DNA of 50,766 nucleotides from assembly GCA_017457425.1 (NCBI GenBank), contig JAFTHM010000001.1, forward strand, positions 1 through 50,766. Reading direction: 5' to 3'. The stretch comes from Alphaproteobacteria bacterium (GTDB lineage Bacteria > Pseudomonadota > Alphaproteobacteria > CAAHEQ01 > UBA3637). The translations under genes were made by a program, and so were the position numbers. The notes beneath the pieces were generated by a model. That model made no database searches, had not been told where the DNA came from, and saw nothing but the letters and a program-made list of their open reading frames with translations. Positions 49,600-50,766 of the stretch are shown one piece after another; positions within the stretch are counted from its first letter, which is position 1; every line of letters begins with the position of its first letter.

Positions 49600-50394
49600 T
49601 TACAATACTTGTTTTAATCTGTTTTCCGAATAAACACATTGACTTTCGCTTATCTCACTACCAATGAATTTTAAACCTAATTTTGCACACGCCACCGCGG
49701 TTGTTCCACTCCCCATGAAACTATCATAAACAATCGTATCTTGATTAATTGGAGCGTATATTTTTAGCAATTTCTCACACAATTCACTTGAATAAGTTGC
49801 TTTATTAAAAGGACATGGGCCATCATTATTTTTAGCTTCAACAATGTTGTATATGTTTTCATACATTTTTTGACCAGTCTTTCTAACCGATACAATTTTT
49901 TTATTACTGTGGAACGTTTTGAGTTCATCCTTTCTGCAAAATACAAATACAAATTCAGTCAATCGTGTCAATCTGTTAGAACTACAATTATTAGGTAATG
50001 CATTCGACTTTTTCCAGATAATACAATCAGCAACCGTGAAATCTGTTTGTGTTATGATCGAATTTAAAGCTCTAAACATTCCCTCTGTATTTTCGTTACC
50101 ATAAGAAATGTTGTATAAAACACACCCATTCTTTTTTAAAATACGATTGTATTCTTTGAATAATTTTATTGTAAACTCACAATATTCATCATTACTCATC
50201 ACATCACAATGAATGTCATATCTAACGTAATCATAATGACCCCGTTTAGATTGAGTGTTTAACAGTGTTTTTCTTTTCCCAGCTTTAATATTTGTGTTGT
50301 AAAATGGAGATGTTAATACAACATCAATCATATTGTCATTCATTTTCCCCATTGTTTCAAAACAATTCTCATTATGAAATTTATTTATCAACAT
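49600..50394 (-). CDS. Duplicate of the DNA methyltransferase gene (2722-3516)
   Basis: Identical translation. Confidence 0.8.
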   Translation of the reverse strand: MLINKFHNENCFETMGKMNDNMIDVVLTSPFYNTNIKAGKRKTLLNTQSKRGHYDYVRYDIHCDVMSNDEYCEFTIKLFKEYNRILKKNGCVLYNISYGNENTEGMFRALNSIITQTDFTVADCIIWKKSNALPNNCSSNRLTRLTEFVFVFCRKDELKTFHSNKKIVSVRKTGQKMYENIYNIVEAKNNDGPCPFNKATYSSELCEKLLKIYAPINQDTIVYDSFMGSGTTAVACAKLGLKFIGSEISESQCVYSENRLKQVL

Positions 50395-50406
50395 TTAATC
50401 TCCTTT

Positions 50407-50766
50407 TTATAAATCGCCCATGAATTGGCTTATTCTTCTTTTTGCCATATTTAAATAAAAATCTCTATCTAATTTTTCAGGAACCCCCATATTTTTCACA
50501 TCATCATTGATAATGAAACAATTTGTTGACGTGTCCGCGAATTTTTCCGGATTACCTCCTTTCTTAACTTTATAAACCCCGCCATCCAATAAATCTTTAC
50601 TAGCAAAAACCCGCAACGTTCGGTCATTCAGTTTTTTAATCCCATGCAACGCATACTCATAACCGGATGACACTTTAACGATTTTTTGAAACTTGATCAA
50701 CTCATTGCAATTAAGAATCGTTTCTTCAACCGGAACGCCTTTAACAAAGTAATTAATGACCGCTTC
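50407..50766 (-). CDS. Duplicate of the family-B polymerase 3' end, truncated by the window edge
   Basis: C-terminal residues are identical to ORF 3529-5211. The ORF runs off the window. Confidence 0.8.
   Translation of the reverse strand, partial: EAVINYFVKGVPVEETILNCNELIKFQKIVKVSSGYEYALHGIKKLNDRTLRVFASKDLLDGGVYKVKKGGNPEKFADTSTNCFIINDDVKNMGVPEKLDRDFYLNMAKRRISQFMGDL

Larger units (their letters stand above)
46879..50766. repeat. Right copy of the 3,888-bp end overlap
   Basis: Offset of 46,878 from 1-3888. Runs to the window end. Confidence 0.9.

Noticed and set aside
46879-50766. The 3.9-kb repeat as a genuine segmental duplication or mobile element.
   Set aside because: Both copies are truncated by the window boundaries, there are no flanking target duplications or transposase genes, and gene order is continuous across the junction. 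An end overlap of one genome is the simpler explanation.
1-50766. An alternative genetic code (for example TGA read as Trp), considered because the DNA is so AT-rich.
   Set aside because: Long genes with complete motif sets are uninterrupted under the standard code, and TGA is used as a stop at many coupled ATGA junctions.

Overview
This window holds one complete, AT-rich temperate tailed-phage genome written with overlapping ends. Bases 1-3888 recur at 46879-50766 (offset 46,878), so the unit genome is 46,878 bp and is circular, circularly permuted or concatemeric. Nearly all genes are on the minus strand; only a CI-like repressor, a tyrosine integrase and a Phd/ParE toxin-antitoxin pair are on the plus strand.

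The layout follows the classic temperate order, read along the minus strand:
- **Immunity switch (10.8-11.0 kb):** divergent promoters between the repressor and the Cro-like gene.
- **Early replication and recombination module (10.8 kb down to 0.8 kb):** Cro-like and Xis-like HTH proteins, SNF2 helicase, VRR-NUC, a Cas4-like nuclease fused to an AAA_24 ATPase, a GapR/DUF2312 homolog, DUF669, two DNA methyltransferases, a compact family-B polymerase, and an AEP primase fused to an SF3 helicase.
- **Small early ORFs (across the junction, 46.8 down to 42.6 kb):** a translationally coupled array.
- **Late operon (41.3 down to 12.9 kb):** ParB-methyltransferase, TerS, TerL, SPP1-type portal, and MuF fused to an LF-like metalloprotease. 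Next come a displaced tail-fibre module and a small cargo islet. The operon continues with scaffold, major capsid and connectors, then a PBSX XkdK-to-XkdU-type contractile tail with a -1 frameshift chaperone. It ends with a lysis cassette and two redox/nucleotide cargo genes, abutting a probable attP next to the integrase.

Most worth a second look:
- A sub-threshold overlapped lipoprotein ORF makes an i-/o-spanin pair, implying a diderm host.
- A 58-aa protein is a stand-alone NrdD glycyl-radical C-terminus.
- A ferredoxin-thioredoxin-reductase-like Cys-cluster protein sits next to a MazG-like gene.
- A 167-aa protein is a head-domain-only CCA/polyA-type nucleotidyltransferase.
- Two related loci have an iteron / AT-rich / iteron layout.
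- TTTAGAT palindromes recur at several early promoters.
- An orphan promoter-terminator unit shares operator half-sites with the TA promoter.

All family assignments come from motif recognition by eye. No database search was run.
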